Source: Bacillota bacterium (GTDB taxonomy: Bacteria > Bacillota > Sulfobacillia > JAJZYS01 > JAJYTV01). From it: a DNA stretch of 33,362 nucleotides. The stretch is from NCBI GenBank assembly GCA_021806845.1, contig JAKAPV010000001.1, positions 1-33,362 on the forward strand. Direction: 5' to 3'. This document shows, piece by piece, positions 1-8,721 of the stretch (positions are counted from its first letter, which is position 1; the number at the start of each line of letters is the position of its first letter). The notes under the pieces were generated by a model. The model saw only the letters and a program-made list of their open reading frames with translations, did no database searches and was not told the origin of the DNA. Made by a program: the position numbers and the translations under genes.

Positions 1-599
1 GATCTGAGCCTCCCGAGACGGTCTGCTTCATCCAGTGCGTCGGCTCGCGCGACCGCCAGATCGGGAACAAGTACTGCTCCAAGGTCTGCTGCGGCATCGC
101 TTCCAAGCAGTCGATCGAGATCAAGCGCATGCTGCCGAACGCCAAGGTGTTCATCTTCTACATCGACATGCGCATGTACGGGTTCTGGGAGGACCAGATC
201 TACTGGAAGGCCCAGGAAGAGTACAAGGTCAACTACGTGCGCGGCATTGTGACGGAAGTCATCCGCAAGGGAGACAAGCTCCTCGTCAAGGGCGAGGACA
301 CGACGATGGGCCGGCCGATGGAAGTGCTGATGGATCTCGTGATCCTTTCGGTCGGCATGGAACCGTCGCGCGGGACGATCGACATGTCGCGCGTGTTTTC
401 GCTCCCGCGGGAGGAGCACGGATTCCTCGCCATCGTCGGAGGCCCCCTCGACACCGTATCGACCCCGGTGCAGGGCATCTATGTAGCCGGTGCGGCGGCG
501 GGGCCGAAGGACCTCGAGGACTCGATCTCGATGGGCGGAGCCGCGGCGATGAAGGCCGTCTCCCTGCTCGGTCGCATGCGGCGTATGGCCGCCCGGTGA
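1..599 (+). CDS. hdrA: Heterodisulfide-reductase-like subunit A (sHdrA), C-terminal part; the 5' end lies outside the window
   Basis: Frame 3 is open from base 3. The translation SEPPETVCFIQCVGSRDRQIGNKYCSKVCCGIASKQ... carries the HdrA-type CxGSRD / YCSxxCC cysteine motif, and later GIYVAGAAAGPKD. The TGA stop is at 597-599. Confidence 0.85.
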   Translation, partial: SEPPETVCFIQCVGSRDRQIGNKYCSKVCCGIASKQSIEIKRMLPNAKVFIFYIDMRMYGFWEDQIYWKAQEEYKVNYVRGIVTEVIRKGDKLLVKGEDTTMGRPMEVLMDLVILSVGMEPSRGTIDMSRVFSLPREEHGFLAIVGGPLDTVSTPVQGIYVAGAAAGPKDLEDSISMGGAAAMKAVSLLGRMRRMAAR

Positions 600-1315
600 G
601 CGTCCCGCTGATCGACGCGCAGGTACTCCAGGAGTTCCTCGACAAGGCCGAGCCGCTTCTTTCGGAGGCGGACCTGCGCGCGATCGGAGATTGCATGCAG
701 CGGCGCACCGGGGCCCTGCTCGCCGGCGATACGGACGTCGCGGAGGCGCTGCGGCAGGCCCCCGCGACGCGGCGGCTGCAGGCAAGGGATCTCGGCGGCT
801 GGGATGATCGGCTGCGGGAGATCTGGCCGCAGCTGCGGCAGGGGGATGCGGACGGAGCGCTTCTTCGGCTCTGCGAGCGGGAGGAGCCGCCGCCATGGAT
901 CGTCGATGCCGCGACCTTCTGGCTGCATGCCGCGAGTCCGGCGGAGAACCCCTGGTGGGCACGCTGGGTCCTCGAGCGAAGGCGCCGCACGGGCGCGATC
1001 CTGCTCCTGCTCGACGACCCCGGGGCCCTCGCCGAGGGCGGCACAGCTCAGGCATACGTTGACCTGCGGCAGGCGGTGCAGTTCCTGACGGAGATCCTCG
1101 CGGCGACGCGCAGGTTGCGGCCGGTCGCCCAGCCCTACCGGGCGACGGTGGCGCTCGCGGCGGTCTACGCGGTCTACATGTTCACGATGGCTTCCTGGAG
1201 GATGACGGACGAGTTCACCCAGGTGATGCCGCCCTTTCCAGGGGTGGTAGCGTCCCTGCTCGGGGTGGCCAGGCGGGAGGTGCGGTGCGTTGGAGGAGAA
1301 GGCGAAGGCGGTTGA
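596..1315 (+). CDS. Conserved hypothetical protein in the 'sHdrH' position between hdrA and the hdrCB-like gene
   Basis: GTG 596 overlaps the hdrA stop (GTGA). The part of ORF 35..1315 upstream of 596 is only the alternate frame of hdrA. I recognise no motif, so the call rests on position within the locus. Confidence 0.55.
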   Translation: MSVPLIDAQVLQEFLDKAEPLLSEADLRAIGDCMQRRTGALLAGDTDVAEALRQAPATRRLQARDLGGWDDRLREIWPQLRQGDADGALLRLCEREEPPPWIVDAATFWLHAASPAENPWWARWVLERRRRTGAILLLLDDPGALAEGGTAQAYVDLRQAVQFLTEILAATRRLRPVAQPYRATVALAAVYAVYMFTMASWRMTDEFTQVMPPFPGVVASLLGVARREVRCVGGEGEGG

Positions 1316-2573
1316 GCTCCCCTCGGTCACCATCGACGGGGTCACGCTCCCCGCACAGTGGAACCGGATGTTCGAGCCGCGCGTGATCAACCAGTACGAC
1401 ATATCGGTGCTGGAGGAGACGACCGCCATCCCCGGAGCGGAGTCGCTCGGCTACTGCTACCAGTGCGGCAAATGCACTGGCGTGTGCCCGATCGACACGG
1501 TCGGGGACTATTCGCCCCGCAAGATCTTCCGCAGGACCCAGATCGGCATTCCGCTGATCGACAGCCCGGACCTCTGGCTTTGCACGACCTGCCGCAACTG
1601 CCTGCGGGTCTGCCCGAAAGAGGTCAATATGATCGACATCATGCCGGCGGTGCGCGAACAGGCCGTCCTGGAGGGAAAGGCGCCGCAGGAGCTGCTGACC
1701 GCGTTCGAAAACACGGCGCGCTACGGCAACCCGCTCGGGGAGGCGCCGCGCAAGCGCGCCGACTGGACCAAGTCCGCCGGCGTCGAGGTCCGGATCATGT
1801 CCCAGCTGAAGGCGCCCGTCGACGTGCTCTGGTTCGTGGAGTGCTACCCCTCGTACCACCCGCGCGGCAAGGATGCCTCGGTCGCGCTCGCCCGCATCCT
1901 CGACAAACTCGGCATCGACTTCGGCATCCTCGGCGTGGAAGAGAAGTGCGCGGGGGACTCGCAGCGCATGGCCGGGGAGCGGGGGCTCTTCGAGATGCTG
2001 GCCGAGCAAAACATCAGCACGCTCTCCAAGTACGAGTTCGAAACGCTGATGGTCACCGATCCCCATGCCTACAACGCCTTCCTGCATGAGTACCCCAAGC
2101 TCGGCGGCAGCTACAAGACCGTCCACTACACGCAGCTCCTCGCCCCGCTCATCGATCAGATGGGCCTGTCGCAGGAAGTGCCCGCGCGCGTCACCTTCCA
2201 CGACCCCTGCTACCTCGGGCGGCACAACGGCGAGTACGAGGCGCCGCGGAGGCTCCTTGAGGCCATACCCGGCATCGACCTCGTGGAGATGGGTCGCTGC
2301 AAGGAGCGCTCCTACTGCTGCGGCGGCGGGGGCGGCGGCATGTGGCTCGACAGCTTCACCCGCGACCACACCAGTGCGCGCCTTTCGGAGATGCGGGTGC
2401 GCGAGGCGATCGAGTACGGGGCGGAGATCCTCGCCGTCGCGTGCCCGTACGAGGTGTCGCGCTTCGAGGATGCGGTCAAGTCGACGGGCAACGCCGGCCG
2501 GCTCAAGGTGATGGACATCTCCGAGCTGCTCGCGCTATCCATGGGGCTCATCCCGATGGAAGCGCTCGCCTGA
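1290..2573 (+). CDS. HdrC-HdrB fusion protein (sHdrB3-type): 2x[4Fe-4S] ferredoxin module plus two CCG domains
   Basis: CYQCGKCTGVCP and CTTCRNCLRVCP are ferredoxin motifs. FHDPCYLGRHNG and CCGGGGGG are CCG-domain motifs. A TTG start at 1290 lies 9 nt after GGGAGG and overlaps the previous gene by 26 nt. Confidence 0.8.
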   Translation: MEEKAKAVELPSVTIDGVTLPAQWNRMFEPRVINQYDISVLEETTAIPGAESLGYCYQCGKCTGVCPIDTVGDYSPRKIFRRTQIGIPLIDSPDLWLCTTCRNCLRVCPKEVNMIDIMPAVREQAVLEGKAPQELLTAFENTARYGNPLGEAPRKRADWTKSAGVEVRIMSQLKAPVDVLWFVECYPSYHPRGKDASVALARILDKLGIDFGILGVEEKCAGDSQRMAGERGLFEMLAEQNISTLSKYEFETLMVTDPHAYNAFLHEYPKLGGSYKTVHYTQLLAPLIDQMGLSQEVPARVTFHDPCYLGRHNGEYEAPRRLLEAIPGIDLVEMGRCKERSYCCGGGGGGMWLDSFTRDHTSARLSEMRVREAIEYGAEILAVACPYEVSRFEDAVKSTGNAGRLKVMDISELLALSMGLIPMEALA

Positions 2574-2588
2574 AAGGAGGACTTCCGC

Positions 2589-3347
2589 TTGCGCATCGCA
2601 GTCGTGATGAAACTGGTTCCCGACGTGGTGGAGGAACTCGTCCTCTCGGAGGACGGGAAGAGGCTCGAACGCGGCGACATCGCACTCAAGGCGAACGAGT
2701 TCGACGAGCAGGCCCTGGAACAGGCGCTTCTGCTCAAGGAGTCGTCCGGGGCGGAGCTGACCGTGATCGCCGCCGAGACGGGCGATGTCGACGAGATGCT
2801 CTATACCGCGCTCGCCAAGGGCGCGGACCGCGCCCTGAAGCTCGTGGGCGACGGTCTTCAGGACGGCATTTGGAACGCGCAGTATGCAGGCATTTTGGTC
2901 GACGTGATCGCGGACGTCGGCGCGGACGCGGTGCTGACCGGCGTCCAGGCGAACGACGACCTCGATGGGCAGCTTGCCACCTGGCTCGCGGCAGGTCTCG
3001 GCTGGTCCTTCGCGACGGTCGTCTCCGGGGTCGAGGCGGCGGGGGAGAGCCTCATCGCCAAGAAGGAGTTCGCGGGCGGACTGACGGCCAACTTGCGGCT
3101 GCCGCTGCCTGCGGTGCTGGGCATCCAGGCGTCCCCGGAGCCACCCCGCTACGCGCCCATCTCCCGGGTCCGCCAGATCATGAAGACCCAGTCGCTCGAG
3201 GAGCGAGAGGTGACGGCGCCGGCAGGGAGCATCACCGTTCTCTCGCTGCGGCCTCCCGAGAAGACGGGAGGCGCAGAGATGATCGAGGGAGACGTGCAGG
3301 CGAAGGCCGCGCGCATTGCGGAGGTCCTCGCGCAGCAAGGCATCTAG
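2589..3347 (+). CDS. etfB: Electron transfer flavoprotein beta subunit
   Basis: MRIAVVMKLVPDVVEEL... has the typical EtfB N-terminus and length (252 aa). A TTG start follows GAAAGGAGGA by about 8 nt. Confidence 0.85.
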   Translation: MRIAVVMKLVPDVVEELVLSEDGKRLERGDIALKANEFDEQALEQALLLKESSGAELTVIAAETGDVDEMLYTALAKGADRALKLVGDGLQDGIWNAQYAGILVDVIADVGADAVLTGVQANDDLDGQLATWLAAGLGWSFATVVSGVEAAGESLIAKKEFAGGLTANLRLPLPAVLGIQASPEPPRYAPISRVRQIMKTQSLEEREVTAPAGSITVLSLRPPEKTGGAEMIEGDVQAKAARIAEVLAQQGI

Positions 3348-3365
3348 GCTAAGGAGGTGGCACTG

Positions 3366-4307
3366 GTGAAGAAGGTACTCGCGTTCATCGATGTGGTGGA
3401 CGGCCAGCCGGGGGAGATCGGCTACGAACTCCTGGACTTCGCCCGGCAGGCGGCGCCGGAGGCGGAACTCGTGGCCGTCGGCGCAGGGCCGCAGGCCGCC
3501 CTCGAGGGACTTGCCGGCGCTGACCGGGCCCTCTGGACGGTCGCGGACGGCTACCGACCGGATCTCGTCGGCGAGGTGCTGACCGCCGCGATCGTCGCGG
3601 AGCAGCCGGACCTCGTGCTGGTTGGAAGCACTGCCGTGGGAATGGATGCCGGGACATATGCGGCGGCCAAGAGCGGCTACGCGAGCATCGCGTACGTGCG
3701 CTCGCTCGAGCCTCTGGACGGGAGCCTTGCAGCGCAGTCGGTGATCCTCGGCGGCAAGATGGTCGCGCGCGTCGCTGTGCCGGACCGAACGGTCCTGCAG
3801 GTCCTCGCCGGCGCGGGATCTGCGGAGCGCGGACGCGTCCCGGGTCGGCCGGCGCAGGTCGGGACCCTGGCGGAACCTGCGGCCAAGGCTTCGTTCGAAG
3901 GCTTCGGGCGGCCGGAGGCGCAGGACGTCGACATCACGCGCCACGATGTGCTCGTCAGCGTGGGCCGGGGCATCGGCGACGCGTCCAACATCGAACTCGC
4001 GGAGGAGCTCGCCGAGGCACTCGGCGGCGTGGTCTCCTCCTCGCGGCCGGTGGTCGACGCCGGCTGGCTGCCGAAGGCACGCCAGGTCGGCAAGTCGGGG
4101 AACAAGGTGAAGCCGAAGGTGTACCTCGCGCTCGGGATCAGCGGCGCGCCGGAGCACCTCGAGGGCATGCGCGACGCTGCCTGCATCATCGCCGTCAACA
4201 CGGACCCGGCTGCCCCGATCTTCGAGGTGGCGCACTACGGCGTCGTCGACGATGTACTCGACTTCATCCCGGCCCTCACGGAGTCGCTCCGGGTGCGCCA
4301 AGGATAG
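3366..4307 (+). CDS. etfA: Electron transfer flavoprotein alpha subunit
   Basis: The C-terminal FAD-binding signature SSRPVVDAGW...QVGKSGNKVKPKVYLALGISGAPEHLEGM is present. GTG 3366 lies 8 nt after AAGGAGG. The ORF-track start at 3357 overlaps the SD and is less likely. Confidence 0.85.
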   Translation: MKKVLAFIDVVDGQPGEIGYELLDFARQAAPEAELVAVGAGPQAALEGLAGADRALWTVADGYRPDLVGEVLTAAIVAEQPDLVLVGSTAVGMDAGTYAAAKSGYASIAYVRSLEPLDGSLAAQSVILGGKMVARVAVPDRTVLQVLAGAGSAERGRVPGRPAQVGTLAEPAAKASFEGFGRPEAQDVDITRHDVLVSVGRGIGDASNIELAEELAEALGGVVSSSRPVVDAGWLPKARQVGKSGNKVKPKVYLALGISGAPEHLEGMRDAACIIAVNTDPAAPIFEVAHYGVVDDVLDFIPALTESLRVRQG

Positions 4308-4319
4308 GAGGCCGTCCTC

Positions 4320-6449
4320 TTGCCGACAGGCACGGATCTGCCCGTCGCCCAGCGCGCTGTCTTCGAGGGATTCCAGCACAGCTGGCTCGTACCCCTCTTC
4401 TACGTGCTGGCGACGGTCGCGCTCATTATCTTCTTCTACGGGGTCTACCGCCGCGTCGGGCGCTACCGCGCAGGCAAGCGCGCGACGCTCGTGCGGGGCT
4501 GGCCACGCCGCATCGCCCGGTCCCTCATGGAGGTCCTGACCAGCCGGAGGATCGGGCGCCGCGACCGCTACACGGGCGTTGCGCACGCGTTCATCTTCTG
4601 GGCGTTCGGCTTCCTCTTCCTCGGAACCACGACCATCTTCCTCGACCACGACGTTCTTGGGCTCGTGGCTCCCTCGCTCGAGTTCTGGAAGGGAGCCTTC
4701 TTCCTCGGCTTCTCGGTCGTGATGGACGTGTCCGCTGCGCTCTTCATCATCGGACTTGTGATGATGGCGGTGCGCCGGGCCTTCTTCTCCACCTTCCGCC
4801 TGAGCTACCGCCGGGTCGACGGGAAGCAGCAGGACCGGTCCGCCTATGAACGCGAGGACTGGTGGTTTCTCGGCCAGCTGCTCTTGATCGGCGTCACCGG
4901 CCTGCTGCTCGAGGCGTTCCGGCTGATCCACGACCACCCGTGGTTCCAGGGCTACTCGCCGGTCGGCCTCGCGGTCGCAAAGGGGTTCGAGGCGCTCGGG
5001 ATGACGGCTCCCTCAGCCGGCGAGGCGCACTTTGTCACCTGGTGGGTGCACGCCTTCCTCGCGCTGACGTTCATCGCCTACATCCCGTACGCGAAGTCGG
5101 TGCACATGCTCGCGTCCTGGGCAAACGCCGCGGCGCGGGACGAGAAAGCGGCCGTCGTGCTGCCGACCCAGGAGACCGGAGCGCAGACGATCCCGCTGAC
5201 GCCCATCGCGGCAAACCTCACCTGGAAGCAGCTGCTCGCGGTGGACGCCTGCACGAAGTGCGGGCGCTGCCATGAGGTGTGCCCCGCGCGAACGTCGGGC
5301 GCGCCGCTCTCGCCGCGGGATCTCGTGCTCGACCTGCGCGAGTTCCTGGGCGGACGCCGCGGCACCGCCGCGGCCGCACAGGGGACGCTCTCCGCTGCCG
5401 CGACCGCCCTGCGCGACGACGGATCCCCTCTGATCTCCGCGGATGTGCTCTGGTCCTGCACCACCTGCCGGGCCTGCATCGAGGTCTGCCCGGTGGGGAT
5501 CGAGCATGTACCGCTGATCGTCGGCATGCGCCAGACACTGGTCGAGGAAGGCGAGATGGACCAGAACCTCGCGCAGGCCCTGATGAACCTCGGGCGCAAG
5601 GGCAACTCTTTCGGCCAGTCCGAGCGGGCGCGCGCCAAGTGGGCCGAACAGGCTGGCGTGCCGATCAAGGACGCGCGCACAGAGCACTGCGAGTACCTTT
5701 GGTTCGTCGGAGACTTCGCAAGCTACGACCCGCGCGCACAGCGCGTCAGCCAATCGGTCGCGCGCGTGCTGCACCATCTCGGCGTCGACTTCGGCATCCT
5801 CTTCGAAAGCGAGCGCAATGCGGGCAACGACGCGCGGCGCATCGGCGAGGAGGGGCTTTTCGAGTCGCTCGCGGAGAAGAATATGAAGGCGCTCTCGCAG
5901 GCGAGCTTCGACCGCATCTTCACGACGGACCCGCACAGCTACAACACCCTGAAGAACGAGTACCCCGCCTATGGCCTGGAGTGCGAGGTCCTGCACTACA
6001 CACAGCTGCTGCAGCGCCTGGCGGCGGAGGGCAAGATGCAGATCGTCGCGCCGCAGGACATCACCGTCACCTACCATGACCCCTGCTACCTCGGCAGGTA
6101 CAACCGGGTGTTCGATGCACCGCGGGAGCTCATTCGCCTGACGGGCGCGACGCTGCTCGAGATGCCGCGCAACCGCGAGGAGAGCTTCTGCTGCGGCGCC
6201 GGCGGCGGGCGCATCTTCACAGGCGACAGCCTGTACGGGGAGAAGCCGGCGGAAAGCCGCATCCGGGAGGCGGCAGGCCTGCACGGGATCGAGAGCTTCG
6301 TCGTGGCCTGCCCGAAGGACATGGCGATGTATACCGATGCGGCCAAGACGGCGGGTTACGAACAGCAGATCGCGGTCGAGGATGTCATCTTCCTGATCGA
6401 GCGCGCGCTTGGCATCGGAGCGAAGACACCGGAGGAGGTGAACGCATGA
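4320..6449 (+). CDS. Membrane-anchored HdrD/DsrK-like Fe-S oxidoreductase (putative Etf:quinone oxidoreductase, Emo/EtfD-like)
   Basis: The N-terminal ~270 aa are hydrophobic, with His in predicted helices (GVAHAFIFW, WWVHAFLAL, KSVHML). They are followed by CTKCGRCHEVCP and CTTCRACIEVCP ferredoxin motifs and two CCG domains (YHDPCYLGRYN, FCCGAGGG). A TTG start lies 8 nt after AGGAGG. Confidence 0.8.
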   Translation: MPTGTDLPVAQRAVFEGFQHSWLVPLFYVLATVALIIFFYGVYRRVGRYRAGKRATLVRGWPRRIARSLMEVLTSRRIGRRDRYTGVAHAFIFWAFGFLFLGTTTIFLDHDVLGLVAPSLEFWKGAFFLGFSVVMDVSAALFIIGLVMMAVRRAFFSTFRLSYRRVDGKQQDRSAYEREDWWFLGQLLLIGVTGLLLEAFRLIHDHPWFQGYSPVGLAVAKGFEALGMTAPSAGEAHFVTWWVHAFLALTFIAYIPYAKSVHMLASWANAAARDEKAAVVLPTQETGAQTIPLTPIAANLTWKQLLAVDACTKCGRCHEVCPARTSGAPLSPRDLVLDLREFLGGRRGTAAAAQGTLSAAATALRDDGSPLISADVLWSCTTCRACIEVCPVGIEHVPLIVGMRQTLVEEGEMDQNLAQALMNLGRKGNSFGQSERARAKWAEQAGVPIKDARTEHCEYLWFVGDFASYDPRAQRVSQSVARVLHHLGVDFGILFESERNAGNDARRIGEEGLFESLAEKNMKALSQASFDRIFTTDPHSYNTLKNEYPAYGLECEVLHYTQLLQRLAAEGKMQIVAPQDITVTYHDPCYLGRYNRVFDAPRELIRLTGATLLEMPRNREESFCCGAGGGRIFTGDSLYGEKPAESRIREAAGLHGIESFVVACPKDMAMYTDAAKTAGYEQQIAVEDVIFLIERALGIGAKTPEEVNA

Positions 6450-6877
6450 GTGAACGCTGCAAGCTCCCCGAGGAGCTCTATTACTGGCCGGAAAAGCATG
6501 TCTGGGCCCGGACCGAGCCGGACGGCAGCATCGTCGTCGGCATGACCGACGTCGCCCAGAACCTCGCCGGGAGGATCATCGTCGTGAGCCTCCGCTCGCT
6601 CGGCAAGACCCTCGCGCGCGGCAAGAGCGCGGGAACGCTCGAGAGCGGCAAATGGGTGGGGGCGATTCCGACGCCGGTCGCCGGCGAGGTGATCGCCGTG
6701 AACGACGGGTTGAAGGCGAACCCGTCGGTGATCAACGATGACCCGTACGGGGAGGGCTGGCTGATCCGCGTCGTGCCATCCGCGTGGGACGAGGATCGGC
6801 AGACCCTGGTCACGGGGCCGGACGGCGTGGCCGATTACCGCCGGCAGCTCGACGCCGCGGGCATCGCCTGCGCGTAG
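6446..6877 (+). CDS. lbpA: GcvH-like lipoate-binding protein (LbpA paralog 1)
   Basis: GcvH fold signatures are present (VVGMTDVAQ, DPYGEGWL) and the lipoyl-lysine context LESGKWVG is retained. The ATG overlaps the upstream stop (ATGA). Confidence 0.8.
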   Translation: MSERCKLPEELYYWPEKHVWARTEPDGSIVVGMTDVAQNLAGRIIVVSLRSLGKTLARGKSAGTLESGKWVGAIPTPVAGEVIAVNDGLKANPSVINDDPYGEGWLIRVVPSAWDEDRQTLVTGPDGVADYRRQLDAAGIACA

Positions 6878-6898
6878 GCAAGCCGGGGGGGTGAGGCA

Positions 6899-7363
6899 GT
6901 GGCGTTCGTCTACGCCTGCGAGTTCCCGGATCACCTCTGGTTCGACGTGGCCCGGGACGTCTGGCTGGAGGAGCTCCCGGGGGGCGGCCTGCGTCTCGGA
7001 ATGACGGATCCCGCGGTGACGCGGGCGGGACGCATCGTCCACGTGCGCGTGCGCGCGGGCAGGCAGGCGGCGCCCGGCCAGGGCGTCGCCAGCGTGGAGT
7101 CGAGCAAGTGGGTGGGCCCCGTGCCAACCCCGCTGGAGGCCCGCGTCCTGCGGGGCAACCCGCTGCTCGCCTCGGACCCCGGACTCCTGAACCGGGACCC
7201 CTACGGCGAGGGCTGGCTCGCGGAGATCGAGCCGGTCGCTGCCGCGCCGGACCTGCGGGCGCTGGGCTTGAGGTACGGCACCGACGCGCTTGCGCCGTAT
7301 ACCGAGAAGCTCCGCCAGGAGGGGCTCAACTGCATCCGCTGCGCCGACGGCGCAGGCCAGTAG
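6899..7363 (+). CDS. lbpA: GcvH-like lipoate-binding protein (LbpA paralog 2)
   Basis: LGMTDPAVT, VESSKWVG (lipoyl-lysine context) and DPYGEGWL are present. A GTG start follows a G-rich SD. Confidence 0.8.
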   Translation: MAFVYACEFPDHLWFDVARDVWLEELPGGGLRLGMTDPAVTRAGRIVHVRVRAGRQAAPGQGVASVESSKWVGPVPTPLEARVLRGNPLLASDPGLLNRDPYGEGWLAEIEPVAAAPDLRALGLRYGTDALAPYTEKLRQEGLNCIRCADGAGQ

Positions 7364-7379
7364 GCAGGGGAGGAAAGGC

Positions 7380-8444
7380 ATGCGCTATCTCGACTTCGGC
7401 ACCGTCAGCGCCGAGCAGTCCCAGGCCGTCTACCATGCTGTCGCCGAAGAGCTCAGGCCCGGGGACCCCATCACCCTGATCACCGTGAGTCCTGACAGGC
7501 CCTACGTCTGCGTCGGCTACCACCAGGCGGCGAGCAGGGAGATCGACCGCGCCTACTGCGAGGAGCAGGGGGTGCCGGTCGGCCGGCGGATGGTCGGGGG
7601 CGGCGCCGTCTACCTCGATCATGACCAGATCTTCTGGCACCTCGTGATGCCTGGCGGGGCGCCCCCCGTCCAGGCCTTCTACGACCGCCTGCTCTCCGCG
7701 CCCGTCGGGGCGTACCGCGACATTGGCATCCAGGCGGAGCACCGGCCCGTGAACGACATCGTCGTCGGGCCGCGGAAGATCGGCGGCACCGGCGCCGCTT
7801 CGATCGGCCAGGCAAACGTGCTCGTCGGCAGCATCATGATGGACTTCGACACGAAGGCCATGGCCCGCGTCCTGCGCGTCCCTTCGGAGAAGTTCCGCGA
7901 TAAGCTCATCTCCTCGCTCGACGACTACATGACGACGATCCGCCGCGAGCTCGGAGACGGGGCGCCCACGCGCGAAACGGCGACGGCTCGTCTGGTCTCC
8001 CGCTTCTCAGAGGTGCTCGGCGAGCGGGTGGAAGCCTCGGCGCTCTCCCCCGGCGAGCGGGAACGGCTGGATCATTACGCGCAGATCCTCTTCGACCCGG
8101 AGTTCGTCTACCGCCAGGAGGGGTGGCTCCAGCCGGGCGTCAAGCTCAAAGACGGCGTGCGCCTGTACGAGGGCGTGCACAAGGCCCCCGGGGGACTCCT
8201 CCGCTTCATTTACCGCGACCGGGAGGGGGTGTTCGACGACGTTCTCCTGAGCGGGGATTTCTTCGTGGACCCGCCGGATGCGCTGCAGCGGATCGCACGC
8301 TCGCTGCTCGGACGTCCGGCCTCGGAAGAGGTCCTGCGCCTGCTGCTGGAAGAGGGACTCGCACACGCGGCGATGCCCGGGGTCGGGGAGGAGGACTTCC
8401 TGCAGGCGTTCCGCGCCGCGAAGGCGATCGAGGCGACGGTCTGA
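7380..8444 (+). CDS. Lipoate-protein ligase (LplA-like, single polypeptide with C-terminal accessory domain)
   Basis: MRYLDFGTVSAEQSQAVYHAVA..., RRMVGGGAVYLD and KIGGTGAASIG are LplA/LipB/BirA-fold signatures. ATG 7380 follows GGGGAGGAAAGG. It lies next to the two lbpA genes. Confidence 0.8.
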   Translation: MRYLDFGTVSAEQSQAVYHAVAEELRPGDPITLITVSPDRPYVCVGYHQAASREIDRAYCEEQGVPVGRRMVGGGAVYLDHDQIFWHLVMPGGAPPVQAFYDRLLSAPVGAYRDIGIQAEHRPVNDIVVGPRKIGGTGAASIGQANVLVGSIMMDFDTKAMARVLRVPSEKFRDKLISSLDDYMTTIRRELGDGAPTRETATARLVSRFSEVLGERVEASALSPGERERLDHYAQILFDPEFVYRQEGWLQPGVKLKDGVRLYEGVHKAPGGLLRFIYRDREGVFDDVLLSGDFFVDPPDALQRIARSLLGRPASEEVLRLLLEEGLAHAAMPGVGEEDFLQAFRAAKAIEATV

Positions 8445-8463
8445 GACCGAAGGAGGTTGATCT

Positions 8464-8706
8464 GTGATGGAAACGGCGAAGGCAGCATTGACGATCGACG
8501 CGAAGGGGCTCGCGTGCCCGCTGCCGGTGATCCGGGCAAAGAAGGGGATCTCGTCGGTGGAGATCGGAGAGGTCATTGAAGTCGTGTCGACCGATCCCGG
8601 TTCCATGGCGGACTTCCAGGCCTGGGCCCGCTCCACGGGGCACGAACTCGTGAGTGCGCAGCAGGACGGCAGCGTGTACACCTACCTGATCCGACGCACC
8701 AAGTGA
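8464..8706 (+). CDS. tusA: TusA-family sulfurtransferase
   Basis: The 80-aa protein has the GLACPLPV (Cys-Pro-x-Pro) active-site motif. GAAGGAGG lies upstream. The start is GTG 8464 or ATG 8467. Confidence 0.85.
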   Translation: MMETAKAALTIDAKGLACPLPVIRAKKGISSVEIGEVIEVVSTDPGSMADFQAWARSTGHELVSAQQDGSVYTYLIRRTK

Positions 8707-8721
8707 CGGGAGAGGTGCCAG

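Noticed and set aside
35-595. N-terminal extension of ORF 35..1315, and similar long N-terminal extensions of ORFs 18003..19268, 16261..17133, 25185..25703, 30829..33351 and 12243..12896.
   Set aside because: The extensions overlap recognised genes in another frame or run through intergenic/IS sequence. They are Arg/Pro/Ala-rich and have internal starts with proper SD spacing or stop-start overlaps. The shorter gene models are used instead.
2535-4937. An 800-aa minus-strand ORF, the longest in this region.
   Set aside because: It lies antisense to etfB, etfA and the membrane oxidoreductase, all of which have clear family motifs and SD sites. Its product is low-complexity and Arg/Asp/Glu/Pro/Ala-rich, as expected for an open alternate frame in GC-rich DNA.
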